Part shown: one piece after another, positions 9,227 to 18,714 of the stretch
Position numbering within the stretch: position 1 is the stretch's first letter
Layout: each line of letters begins with the position of its first letter
From: Candidatus Poseidoniaceae archaeon
GTDB taxonomy: Archaea; Thermoplasmatota; Poseidoniia; Poseidoniales; Poseidoniaceae
Direction: 5' to 3'
Length of the DNA stretch: 64,000 nt
Assembly (NCBI GenBank): GCA_943788295.1
Contig: CALSPS010000004.1
Location: 224,540-288,539 of the forward strand
The notes under the pieces: model-generated
The model's input: only the letters and a program-made list of their open reading frames with translations
What the model was told of the DNA's origin: nothing
Database searches by the model: none
Made by a program: the position numbers and the translations under genes

Positions 9227-9910
9227 TCACACAGCCAAGAACATCACGTCTTCTGGGCATTGAGGATCTTCGAGGTAGGCTTCGACGTGCTTGCGATCAA
9301 ATTCATTGAGCAATTCCGCCATAATTGGCTGGATGTCTTCCAACTCCCAAGCGCGACAAACATACCAACTGCGAGCCATTTCACCTAAGATGCCAATGGC
9401 ATTCATGTGTTGGCCTGCCTGATAACAATCCACGGCAAATTCGATCGCTTGGTAATCCAGTTCCTTGAGCCGGAGGTCCCGCTCTAGACATTCAAATGGC
9501 TCTTCCAATTGCGCCATTGCTTTCTTGCTGAGCGTCGAAGGGGTGTGTTGAATCGGCCATCCCATATTGCCGAGCAAAACCAAACTGATCATGGCATCGG
9601 TTGAGGGGGTCATGACATCAGACCTGTTGCGAAGCACACATACGCTGCGTTGCCCCATCATGATGTCAAGGTGTGGATCGCCTCCGTGAATTCTCGCTTT
9701 CATTGAGGCGAAGATGTTGACTTGAACCCCTGGTGCGCCGTCATCGGACATCAGAAACGGAATGCTTGACGTTTGTGAGATGTGCCAGCGAGGTGATTCA
9801 TTGACGAGGTTGATCAGCAGGTCAAGTCCACGGAGTTCTGCTGCGATTTGTTTTGGGCATGCGCCTTCGAGAACATTCAGGTTGCCGAGCGGAGTCGCTA
9901 TAGGTTTCAC
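9227..9910 (-). CDS. Hypothetical protein
   Basis: 227-aa ORF filling the gap between co-directional plsC and thyA; no motif recognised. Confidence 0.6.
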   Translation of the reverse strand: MKPIATPLGNLNVLEGACPKQIAAELRGLDLLINLVNESPRWHISQTSSIPFLMSDDGAPGVQVNIFASMKARIHGGDPHLDIMMGQRSVCVLRNRSDVMTPSTDAMISLVLLGNMGWPIQHTPSTLSKKAMAQLEEPFECLERDLRLKELDYQAIEFAVDCYQAGQHMNAIGILGEMARSWYVCRAWELEDIQPIMAELLNEFDRKHVEAYLEDPQCPEDVMFLAV

Positions 9911-9946
9911 ACAAGAAAAACATTCAACACTAGTTAAACATACACC

Positions 9947-10732
9947 TCAAGGGGCACCAAGAGACACGAGGCTCTGCATCAACTGGTCAGTAAATTTACG
10001 ATACAGGAGGGCCAGTTGTGAGCGGATTTCATGGTCTTCTAAGTCCTTCATGGCCATGAGAGAATCCTTGGTCATCGCCCCGCCTTTTTCGTGACCCAAC
10101 CATTCAGCCCAGGTGAGGCCCTTGCCAGCGTTCATGGTGACAGGCCGCCAAATTCGAGGGAATTTATGCGTTTGCGGTTCCATCATGGTGCGCGTACCAA
10201 CAAGTGCAATCGGCACAACCACGGCGTGAGGATAACTGGCTGCCAGTCGGGCAACACCCGTTTTACCAGGCAGTAAAAACGGTGCTTCTGTGCGTTTTGA
10301 GCGGGTGCCTTCAGGGAAAATACCGAGCGCTGCTCCACTTTCAAGGACATCGGCGGCATTGGTGAGCGCATCGTTACCGCCGTCGCCTCGCTTGGTTTCG
10401 ATTTGTCCGGTTGCCCGCATCACAATTGCAATGCCTGCGTTCTTGAAATGCCCGTCCTTCGCAAGGTAGCGTACAGATCGGCGAACGCTGGCGATCACCA
10501 TGATTGGGTCGACGTGCGAGAGGTGGTTTGCCGCCAAGATCACTGCTCCTTTGCGAGGAATGTGGTGAATCCCGTTGAGTTTCATGTTCACAATTGGCCT
10601 CAATATCGGTGAAATCAACCAGCGAATGATGCTGTAATTTGGCGTAGGTGCCAGCGGGGTATCGTTGATCGGAATTCGCCAATGGGCCTCAAGTGTGGAC
10701 CATGCATTGAGCACTTCTTCGTTATGGTCCAT
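9947..10732 (-). CDS. plsC: 1-acyl-sn-glycerol-3-phosphate acyltransferase (PlsC family)
   Basis: NHLSHVD (HX4D), YLAK, FPEGTRS, GKTGVARLA and VVPIAL. Confidence 0.9.
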   Translation of the reverse strand: MDHNEEVLNAWSTLEAHWRIPINDTPLAPTPNYSIIRWLISPILRPIVNMKLNGIHHIPRKGAVILAANHLSHVDPIMVIASVRRSVRYLAKDGHFKNAGIAIVMRATGQIETKRGDGGNDALTNAADVLESGAALGIFPEGTRSKRTEAPFLLPGKTGVARLAASYPHAVVVPIALVGTRTMMEPQTHKFPRIWRPVTMNAGKGLTWAEWLGHEKGGAMTKDSLMAMKDLEDHEIRSQLALLYRKFTDQLMQSLVSLGAP

Positions 10733-10860
10733 GCTCCTTCCGCTGTTTGTTTAGATTTATCACTTGCCGAAAAAAAAACTCGGAAGTCCGTGTTCCACCG
10801 GCGAACGGATGGAGCGGTGGGCGTGCGAAGAATCAAAGCATTGGCCATCGGGCATGAAGC

Positions 10861-12120
10861 ATGAGCCCAAGCGCACGGTCCATGCACCGAACGCTCACCG
10901 TGATGGTGCTCGCTTGCTTGGTAAGCGTCACTTGGAGCCCTGTCGCCCTCGCAGATTCTGCTTGGGAGGAAGACGGGTGGCTAACCACGACGCTGGCCCA
11001 AGACCGTCTTGACCTCGGCGATGAGTTTGGCTGCTACGGAATCCCTGGCTTGTCATGGCAAGCCGACCCGGGAGCGGTTGCGCTCGAATGCCGTGATTAC
11101 ATCGAGTCAAGGGTCCATGCCAGCGCATGGGGCACAGAACCAATTTCCACCTACACTCCAAGCGGTCTCACGATGGCTCAACACACAACCGTGGCAGGTC
11201 AAGGCTTTGTGGTCCATGGCGATACCACCGGCTTGAGCGTCTCTGCTTGGCACGATGCGAACGATACACCGACGGACAAATGGGACTGGTACAACATGGG
11301 TCGAAGAGGCGGTTCTCTGGAGCAGTTGATTGGCTCAGTCGAGGAAGTTCAAGCTGCGGTCGAAGAAGGCGGACTTGTCAACCTCTATTGGGTCGGGCGA
11401 GTGAACGACGCGACCATTCGTCATGACCGTGACATCAGTGCCTACTTGGCTGATGTACCCGATGTGTGGTTGACCACTTGGGGCCAAGCTTGGTCCTATT
11501 GGACGGTGAGCAACTGTTACGAATTCACCCATGAAGTGAGGGCACAAGGCGAACAATCGGTTCTTTCCTTCGAATCGCTCATCACTCCTGAGTGCACCGC
11601 CATGAACAGCGAGGCTTGGAACGTACCAATCACGTGGGTCATCGACCTTGAAGGGGCTTCAGTGGACAGTGTCATCGGTGAGCAAGGCGCTCTAGAAAAC
11701 ATCACAGGAGTTCGGAAAAGTCAGGAAGGCTATTCGCAGCAAGGCGGGGAACTTCTCCTCCTCTCGGTCGTTAACGGGCACATGGTCAACATCACATACA
11801 ACGGTACAACAACTTACGATGTCATGGGTCGCAGTGAATTCTTCAACAACCATTCCGCTGCTGTCACCATTGCAGCCCATGAAACGCATGATCTGTTCAA
11901 GTGGTCAAAGCGCTTTGTCGACGATGAACATCTGGTGTTCACTTGGCTAGTCGAACCGCGTGAAGGGCTCGGAGAATCTGGATGGCTCGGTTATGTTGCG
12001 GCGAGCATTGCGTTGGCTACGGTGGTCGGCATGCTTGTTGTGCTCGAAAAGGAGGGCCTCGGTCCGCTCGCTGCTTGGAACCGCCGGAAGGGACAAGCAA
12101 CTGAACAAAAGCACCCTTGA
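10861..12120 (+). CDS. Secreted, C-terminally membrane-anchored hypothetical protein
   Basis: Signal peptide (VALA-D) and C-terminal TM with basic tail; internal segment resembles the end of a CE4/NodB barrel. Confidence 0.65.
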   Translation: MSPSARSMHRTLTVMVLACLVSVTWSPVALADSAWEEDGWLTTTLAQDRLDLGDEFGCYGIPGLSWQADPGAVALECRDYIESRVHASAWGTEPISTYTPSGLTMAQHTTVAGQGFVVHGDTTGLSVSAWHDANDTPTDKWDWYNMGRRGGSLEQLIGSVEEVQAAVEEGGLVNLYWVGRVNDATIRHDRDISAYLADVPDVWLTTWGQAWSYWTVSNCYEFTHEVRAQGEQSVLSFESLITPECTAMNSEAWNVPITWVIDLEGASVDSVIGEQGALENITGVRKSQEGYSQQGGELLLLSVVNGHMVNITYNGTTTYDVMGRSEFFNNHSAAVTIAAHETHDLFKWSKRFVDDEHLVFTWLVEPREGLGESGWLGYVAASIALATVVGMLVVLEKEGLGPLAAWNRRKGQATEQKHP

Positions 12121-12185
12121 CCCTCCAAACAAAGCGAAGGCTTGATGCAAGGAAGGGCGGAGCAAAAGGCATCCGAGGTGGTTAC

Positions 12186-13571
12186 ATGGCAGATGATGAC
12201 GTAGTAATCGACCCTTGGGGTAGCGCTCAGTCCACGGATTATGACCGCATCATCTCTCAATTCGGCCTCTCCTCGATGGAGAGTGTGACGCTGGACAACC
12301 CCTCACGCCTTCACCGCCGTGGCATCGTCTTTGCCCACCGGGATCTCAACCAGGTTTTGGATGCTCAGCGCAGAGGTGACGGATTTGGTGTTCTCACGGG
12401 ACTCATGCCGAGTGGGCAAATGCACATGGGGCACTCGATGGTCATCGACCAGGTCAAGTGGTTCCAGCAACAAGGTGGGGATGTGACCATTGCGGTCGCC
12501 GACCTCGAAAGCCAAGCCACACGTGGTGTGTCGTTGGAAAAGGGCCGTGAAATAGCCCTTCAGCAATACATTGCCAACTATGCAGCATTGGGATTGGATG
12601 TTGAGAAAACGAACGTCTACTTTCAATCCTCAAGACCCATCGTTCAACGGCTTGGTTTCCAATTGGGCAAGCGAACAAACCTCAATGAATTTGAAGCCAT
12701 CTACGGCTTTGGCGGTGAAACAAACTTAGCGCATGTACAGGCTCCTATGGTCCAAGTCGGTGATATCTTACATCCACAGACGGATGAATATGGTGGCTTG
12801 AGACCGATCGTGGTTCCAGTCGGTGTGGATCAAGATCCCCATCTGAGGTTAACCCGTGGACTTGCTTCCAAAACCAACTGGTTCAACGTCAATGAAGGTA
12901 AGAATTCTGGCGTGACCATCACACTTTCAGTTCACGATGAGAACGCCTCTGTGCTCGGCCAGTTACCAAACGGTCGAATGGATAAGCAGAAGTTGAATGA
13001 GGTGTTTTCCGGCATTGTTCGATGCATGACTGAATTGGGCTATTCTGACATCCAATCCAACCCAAAACAGGGAACGGTGAATGTGGCGAGTGCGACCAAG
13101 CGAGATCAATCGATGATTCGCATGAAATTATTGGCATACGAACGCAGCCTTGGCGGCCTTGGTCTGCTCGCACCCTCCTCGACTTACCACCATTTTGCAG
13201 TCGGCATGACCGGCGAAAAAATGAGCAGCAGCAAGCCGAAAACCACCCTTTTCCTCAACGATGATTTAGCGAGCGTGGAAAAGAAAATCAAGCGTGCGTT
13301 TTCAGGTGGTCAATCCACCATCGAAGAACACCGGCGCTTAGGTGGCAACCCTGACATCGATGTTGCCTACCAGTACATGATGTACTTCTTTGAAGAAGAC
13401 GATGCCTACCTTGCAGAACTCAATTCAGGGTATCGGTCTGGTCAGATTCTTGCCGGTGAAATGAAGCAACTTTGCATTGATCGAGCCGTTGACTGGCTCG
13501 GTCAGTTGCACGAAATGCGGGATCAAACAGCCCACTTGGTTGAACAATTCCTTGCTGAAGATGCTCGATGA
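12186..13571 (+). CDS. trpS: Tryptophanyl-tRNA synthetase (archaeal type)
   Basis: IDPWG, GLMPSGQMHMGH, VPVGVDQDPH, KMSSS and AFSGGQ..EEHRRLGGNPD; SD GAGGTGG upstream. Confidence 0.95.
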   Translation: MADDDVVIDPWGSAQSTDYDRIISQFGLSSMESVTLDNPSRLHRRGIVFAHRDLNQVLDAQRRGDGFGVLTGLMPSGQMHMGHSMVIDQVKWFQQQGGDVTIAVADLESQATRGVSLEKGREIALQQYIANYAALGLDVEKTNVYFQSSRPIVQRLGFQLGKRTNLNEFEAIYGFGGETNLAHVQAPMVQVGDILHPQTDEYGGLRPIVVPVGVDQDPHLRLTRGLASKTNWFNVNEGKNSGVTITLSVHDENASVLGQLPNGRMDKQKLNEVFSGIVRCMTELGYSDIQSNPKQGTVNVASATKRDQSMIRMKLLAYERSLGGLGLLAPSSTYHHFAVGMTGEKMSSSKPKTTLFLNDDLASVEKKIKRAFSGGQSTIEEHRRLGGNPDIDVAYQYMMYFFEEDDAYLAELNSGYRSGQILAGEMKQLCIDRAVDWLGQLHEMRDQTAHLVEQFLAEDAR

Positions 13572-14222
13572 TCAAACTTCATCGTCCTTGGAAAACACGG
13601 CTGGATCTGGTCCAACCGGCAAAGCCAACAACTCCTCTTCGGTCAAATCACGGTGGGTGGCATCATCGTGCATGATCATCGAATGCCCGTGGGGGTCGAG
13701 AAGTTCGAGCGTAAGCGGTAATGCTCCTTCTTTGCCGGCCATTTCGATGCGCTCAACCATTTCATTGAGGCGCCCAAGTGCTTCAAGCGCTTCGGCCTTT
13801 GCTGCCTCATCGCTCTGCTCGGATTCTGCCATTCCAAGAAGTTCGGATTCAATGTCACGGAGCACCATGAACACGATGTCTTTGAATCGGCTTAACACGC
13901 CTTCGACGTTGCTCACATAGCCAGTGGCGTTGCTTCCCGGTGCCACTTCAAGGTCCAACTCGTGAACTTTAACTGTGCATGAGGATGAACGAATCACCCT
14001 CGCCGACAGCGTTTCAAGTGAATCGATAGCCAAAGTCCAACCACCAGGTTTCTTCCCTTCTGCAGGAATGAAATCAGTCTGCCTCCATCCACACGAATGG
14101 CACATGACCGTGACTTGTGTGTGCTCGCCAAAGTATGGGATTTCTTCGACATGGGCGATCATGAACACTTTGCCTGGAACGCTGCAAATCGGGCAGGGTA
14201 TGTCGACTGGTTGTTCTTGCAT
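13572..14222 (-). CDS. ZPR1-type zinc finger protein
   Basis: CPIC...IPYFGE...CHSCGWR, RVIRSS, SNVEGVL and DPHGHS. Confidence 0.92.
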   Translation of the reverse strand: MQEQPVDIPCPICSVPGKVFMIAHVEEIPYFGEHTQVTVMCHSCGWRQTDFIPAEGKKPGGWTLAIDSLETLSARVIRSSSCTVKVHELDLEVAPGSNATGYVSNVEGVLSRFKDIVFMVLRDIESELLGMAESEQSDEAAKAEALEALGRLNEMVERIEMAGKEGALPLTLELLDPHGHSMIMHDDATHRDLTEEELLALPVGPDPAVFSKDDEV

Positions 14223-14857
14223 CAGCGTCCCACCTCAGTGAAATCACCGGGTTCAACTGCGAATGCCTCCATTTCAATGCCGTTCACGCCCCTGCAATTT
14301 GCTGGTAAGAGCATCAGCCGTGTGGATGTCATCTGGAGGATTTGACCGCCAAGGTCATCCCCGATAAAACCGTTGAGCTGGCTTAATGCAGCGTTGAATT
14401 CCACCGTGCGCTTCATCAGACGCTTCATCTCCACGATGACGGCATGGCCGTCTGCGACCCAGTTGAGGAGGGTTCCACACCCCGTGAGGTCGTTCAATAC
14501 GGCCCTGTGGAGGACAAGACCCCCGTCTTCACGGGCGATGGGTGGATGAGGGTACATCTTTCCAAGATCGTGATACATGGCGGTCGTTGTTGGTGATTGT
14601 GCTGGAGCTTTTTGGCTCATGCTTGGCATTTCGAAGGTCCTCAACGGTTGTGCATCTGCTGGCTCTTGGGTCGGTGGCGTTGGCGCACCTTGCCGGAGCC
14701 GTTCATCGGCCTCTGCTAAGACATCGAGGTCCGGCATGGAAGGCACAGCTGGTTCAGCGGCAGGCTTTGGCTCAGGGGCCGGGGGCTTGGGGCCTTGAGT
14801 GAACGCATCGAGTGAAGCCTGCGCTTCATCCCGTTCCCCCTTTTTCCGCCGGCGCAT
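14222..14857 (-). CDS. sepF: Archaeal SepF-like cell division protein with Pro-rich N-terminal extension
   Basis: C-terminal LNDLTG...VADGHAVIVEM...DLGGQI...LMLLP resembles archaeal SepF; adjacency to ZPR1 is a common archaeal arrangement. Confidence 0.6.
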   Translation of the reverse strand: MRRRKKGERDEAQASLDAFTQGPKPPAPEPKPAAEPAVPSMPDLDVLAEADERLRQGAPTPPTQEPADAQPLRTFEMPSMSQKAPAQSPTTTAMYHDLGKMYPHPPIAREDGGLVLHRAVLNDLTGCGTLLNWVADGHAVIVEMKRLMKRTVEFNAALSQLNGFIGDDLGGQILQMTSTRLMLLPANCRGVNGIEMEAFAVEPGDFTEVGR

Positions 14858-15029
14858 GAGTCAAGGTCAAGACCGTCACCTCAAGAAGACTCGCATTCGT
14901 TCGCTTCTAGGACTTGCGTTTGGAGGCAGTAGGGTTGCGTCGGGAAGGTTCGGCGGGTTGATAAGGGCCCGCCAATTTCACAAGTTTGCGCCTCAACCTT
15001 CAAGAGGTGTCGGCGTGGAGAAGGGATTG

Positions 15030-15656
15030 ATGATGATGGAGAACCAACCGACCGTAATGAAAACTGGAACAAGCACAATTGGCATCACCTTCAACGGCGG
15101 CGTCGTTGTAGGAGCGGACCACAGGGCTACCATGGGCCACTTCATCGCCAACAAGAGCGTTCAGAAGTTGTTCAAGATTGGTGACAACCTCGCTCTCACA
15201 ACCGCTGGTTTGGTCGGTCACGCTCAATCCTTGTCTCGCACCCTCGCAGCAGAGGTTGCTCTGTTCCAACTTCGCCGTCAACAGCAAATGACAGTGAAGG
15301 GAGCGGCAACACTGACTGCAAACATCCTTTCTGGACGCCCGCACTGGGTCCAACTCCTCATCGTCGGCGTCGATGATGAAGGCGGCCATGTTTATTCCAT
15401 CGACTCCGCTGGTGGATCCATTCCAGACTCTTACTGCGCCACAGGTTCAGGTTCACCTTACATGTATGGTGTGCTCGAAGATGGCTTCAGCGAAGGTATG
15501 ACACGGACCGATGCATTGAAACTTGCCGCCCGTGCCCTTCACGCATCGGGGCAGCGAGATGCCGCCTCCGGCAACGGCATGGATTTGGCTGTCATTACGG
15601 CCAAAGACGGATACGTTGCCATTGAACAAAGCGAAATCGAGAAGCTTCTCGCTTGA
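15030..15656 (+). CDS. psmB: Proteasome beta subunit
   Basis: Short propeptide then KTG/TSTIG (catalytic Thr1), ADHRATMG, ATGSGSPY and RDAASG. Confidence 0.95.
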   Translation: MMMENQPTVMKTGTSTIGITFNGGVVVGADHRATMGHFIANKSVQKLFKIGDNLALTTAGLVGHAQSLSRTLAAEVALFQLRRQQQMTVKGAATLTANILSGRPHWVQLLIVGVDDEGGHVYSIDSAGGSIPDSYCATGSGSPYMYGVLEDGFSEGMTRTDALKLAARALHASGQRDAASGNGMDLAVITAKDGYVAIEQSEIEKLLA

Positions 15657-15742
15657 GACTTCGCTCTCCCATTCCCGCGGCTCAACGCTGCTCCCTCTCA
15701 CGAGGGCGAGTGCACATTGTTTTGTGCGAGTGCGGGTAAACG

Positions 15743-17656
15743 GTGAACAACATGCGCCTTACATTTAAAGAACTGAAAGACCAAATTGCAAAAATCGTCC
15801 CTAAGGACGTACCATACACGGTCGAACTGGAAGCTGGAAACATTGCGATCGTAACCCCTGTCCCTGCCAAATTTGGCGGCGGCGACGGCTTGATTGGAAA
15901 AATCGCTAAGCGAGTGAAGCGGAAGATTGTCCTTCGCCCTGACGAATCAATCATGAAGAGCGAAGAGGAAGCAACCAAACTCATTCGAGAGATTGTTCCA
16001 GAATCCGCTGAGATTTCAAACATATATTTCGACTCATGCTACCGGGAAATCATCATTCAATGTCAAAACCCCGGTGAGGCTGTTGGCCGCCGTGGAGCCA
16101 ACTTGAACGATATTCGAGACCAAACTGGATGGTTGGTGAAGGTGGAACGCATTTCACCAATCGTTTCCAAAACGGTTCACGACATTCGTGGCTACCGCCA
16201 AGTGAACGCCAAGGAACGAAGAAAACTCCTCAAGGACTTCGGACTCAACATTCACCGACCACAACGCCCAGGTTCCGCATGGGCTCGAGTCACAGCGCTT
16301 GGCTCCTACCGTGAAGTCGGCCGTGCCTGCCACTTCGTGACCACAAACGAATCGAGGGTTATGATCGACGTCGGCGTCAACATCGCTTCAGACACCGATC
16401 CAATGCCTTACTTCACTGCACCAGAAGCCTTACCGCTTGAGAAACTCGATGCAGTTGTCTTGACTCACGCTCACTTGGACCACGCAGGCATGCTTCCTGT
16501 CCTGTTCAAGTATGGTTACAGAGGGCCAGTGTACTGCACACCGCCAACCCGTGACTTGATGCTGCTTTTGCAAACTGACTACCTCAAAGTTGGCGGTTCC
16601 GAAGGCAAGCGAGCACCCTACGATATGGAAGACATCCGCACCTGCATGAAGCACGTCGTGGACGTGGATTGGGGCGACACCACAGACATCGCACCCGACA
16701 TCAAATTGACCTTCTCAAACGCAGGCCACATCCTCGGATCCTCTGCCGTTCATCTCCACATCGGAGATGGAAAGCACAACATCGTCTTCAGTGGCGATCA
16801 GAAGTATGAGAAATCCTGGCTCTTCGATGCAGCAAACACCCGTTTCCCTCGTGTGGAAACATTGGTGATTGAATCCACCTATGGTGCATCAGGCGATTAC
16901 CAACCTTCGAGGCAAGAAGCAAACCAAGAACTCCAGGACATCGTTTCCCGCACCATTTCGCGTGGTGGAAAACTGATCTGCCCTGTGTTTGCCGTTGGAC
17001 GAAGCCAAGAAGTGATGATTGCCATTGACGAGTTGTTCCGTTCTGGCCAAGTCAAGCCGGTTCCAGTGTGGCTCGACGGTATGATTCAGGAAGCGACAGC
17101 AATCCACGCATCACACCCCGATTACTTGACCAGCAGTTTGAGGAAATCCCTGCTCAAGGACGATGGCGAGAACCCATTCACAAGCGAGTGGTTCCGACCG
17201 GTCAAAGGACGTGAACTTCGTGAAAGCATCATCATGGACAACTCACCGTGCATTGTTCTGGCAACCTCTGGCATGCTGAACGGTGGACCTGTGATGGAAT
17301 ACTTCCGACACTGGGCTCACGAAGACCGAAACTCCCTGTGCTTTGTCGGTTACCAAGCTGAAGGAACCCTCGGACGCCGTCTTCAGAAAGGATTTGGCGA
17401 AGTACCAATGGTCATCGATGGAAAGACTGAGATCGTCAAAATCGGCTGTGAAATGGTCACGATTGATGGATTCTCAGGTCACTCAGACCGCCGCCAATTG
17501 TTAGATTTCGTCGACCAATTGTCGCCTAAGCCGAAGAACATCATTTGCCACCACGGTGATTATCACAAGTGCAACGAACTGGGCCACACGCTCCGTGAAC
17601 GGTACAAGTGTCGAACATACGCTCCAAAGAACCTCGAAACTGTTCGCCTGCTGTGA
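15743..17656 (+). CDS. fttA: Beta-CASP ribonuclease aCPSF1 (transcription termination factor FttA)
   Basis: N-terminal KH region (PGEAVGRRG), THAHLDH, AGHILGS, ESTYG and GFSGHSD; follows psmB as in many archaea. Confidence 0.93.
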   Translation: MNNMRLTFKELKDQIAKIVPKDVPYTVELEAGNIAIVTPVPAKFGGGDGLIGKIAKRVKRKIVLRPDESIMKSEEEATKLIREIVPESAEISNIYFDSCYREIIIQCQNPGEAVGRRGANLNDIRDQTGWLVKVERISPIVSKTVHDIRGYRQVNAKERRKLLKDFGLNIHRPQRPGSAWARVTALGSYREVGRACHFVTTNESRVMIDVGVNIASDTDPMPYFTAPEALPLEKLDAVVLTHAHLDHAGMLPVLFKYGYRGPVYCTPPTRDLMLLLQTDYLKVGGSEGKRAPYDMEDIRTCMKHVVDVDWGDTTDIAPDIKLTFSNAGHILGSSAVHLHIGDGKHNIVFSGDQKYEKSWLFDAANTRFPRVETLVIESTYGASGDYQPSRQEANQELQDIVSRTISRGGKLICPVFAVGRSQEVMIAIDELFRSGQVKPVPVWLDGMIQEATAIHASHPDYLTSSLRKSLLKDDGENPFTSEWFRPVKGRELRESIIMDNSPCIVLATSGMLNGGPVMEYFRHWAHEDRNSLCFVGYQAEGTLGRRLQKGFGEVPMVIDGKTEIVKIGCEMVTIDGFSGHSDRRQLLDFVDQLSPKPKNIICHHGDYHKCNELGHTLRERYKCRTYAPKNLETVRLL

Positions 17657-17965
17657 TCAGAGCAACGGCACATCGATGCCAGAATCCAACGGGTCAGGTA
17701 GATCTTGTTCGGGCGTTGATTCAACAGCACTTTGGCTTGCAGAACCTCGTCCTATAGAATTTTGAACGGGGATGATTGTCGATGCGGATGAGGTCGTTTC
17801 CGCCTCCGTATCAAAGAGCAGCCAGATGAAGACTGCAAGGATCAAACTCAATGCGAGAACGATGAATCCGAAGGTGGTCCCACCGCCCAGAACGTTGCTG
17901 ATCACGGCAGCGAGAACAGCCAAGACGGCGGCGGTTGCTAAAACCGCCCTCGAATTCACCACCAT
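17657..17965 (-). CDS. Small membrane protein (2 TM)
   Basis: Two hydrophobic helices and a C-terminal LPDPLDSGIDVPLL tail; start uncertain. Confidence 0.65.
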   Translation of the reverse strand: MVVNSRAVLATAAVLAVLAAVISNVLGGGTTFGFIVLALSLILAVFIWLLFDTEAETTSSASTIIPVQNSIGRGSASQSAVESTPEQDLPDPLDSGIDVPLL

Positions 17966-18017
17966 GGTCGTGGGATGACCATGGTGTTCATGAACCCGTT
18001 GCGTCTGTCTACGCATC

Positions 18018-18677
18018 ATGTACTCGAATGATGGCGCTCGTTCCACCAGCGTGGCCTGCCCCGGTTGGTTGATGACAGCCGTCGCACCTTGGGGAGAAAA
18101 CGCTGAGGATGCATACGACCAAGGTTTGGTCGAACTTGGTCTCGGCGATGCTCGCTTAATCGAGATGAAGGGCGCTATGTTGCCGCTTGGATTTGGGGCC
18201 ACAGCCCCTCAACCGCTTCCGATGGGCTCCCTTGTTGAATGCCATCTAGCCACCGCCTATGCCTGGAATGGTTCCACAGCCTGCGCCGGTGTGGCTTGGG
18301 CAGCCTGCACCACGCCTGAGGGCGATGACTGCGCTATTGTCGCAACCATTGCAACCGACTTGGATTACGAAGAGACCTCCCTCCTGCTGCGAAGAAACTT
18401 ACAACGCCGCTTGGCAAGTCGAGACCTCGAAGTCAAATCCTTCGATGTCGCGGTCGATGAAGTCACGGCGGCAAACGACCATCACGGTGTGGCCATGGCT
18501 GCATTGATCTTGCCCAACTCCTTGTCGCTTGGAGCCAAGACTGGCACAGGCAAGGTCAGAGGTGGCTTGACTCGAAAGGCTGCAGAAGTTCCAGAAAAGC
18601 GGGTTGATGTCAAGGCCCCAGCAGCTCCAGCCCTTCGGCCCGGTTCACGCAAACAGAACACTGACTTTTCTCTTTGA
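18018..18677 (+). CDS. Pyruvoyl-dependent arginine decarboxylase (PdaD)-like protein, apparently lacking the catalytic Ser-Ser
   Basis: AYDQGLVELGLGDARLIEMKGAMLP...LPMGSLV...ACAGVAWA...AMAALIL follows the PdaD pattern (AFDxALxxAGIxxxNLxxxSSILP). Confidence 0.6.
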   Translation: MYSNDGARSTSVACPGWLMTAVAPWGENAEDAYDQGLVELGLGDARLIEMKGAMLPLGFGATAPQPLPMGSLVECHLATAYAWNGSTACAGVAWAACTTPEGDDCAIVATIATDLDYEETSLLLRRNLQRRLASRDLEVKSFDVAVDEVTAANDHHGVAMAALILPNSLSLGAKTGTGKVRGGLTRKAAEVPEKRVDVKAPAAPALRPGSRKQNTDFSL

Positions 18678-18714
18678 AAGAAGTCTTGAAAGACCCTCGT
18701 CTTGAACGCCTACT

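Noticed and set aside
8514-9263. 249-aa plus-strand ORF
   Set aside because: Antisense to thyA with no recognisable motif.
14799-15029. Long N-terminal extension of the proteasome beta ORF
   Set aside because: It overlaps the divergent sepF start; ATGs at 15030-15036 give a normal short propeptide.
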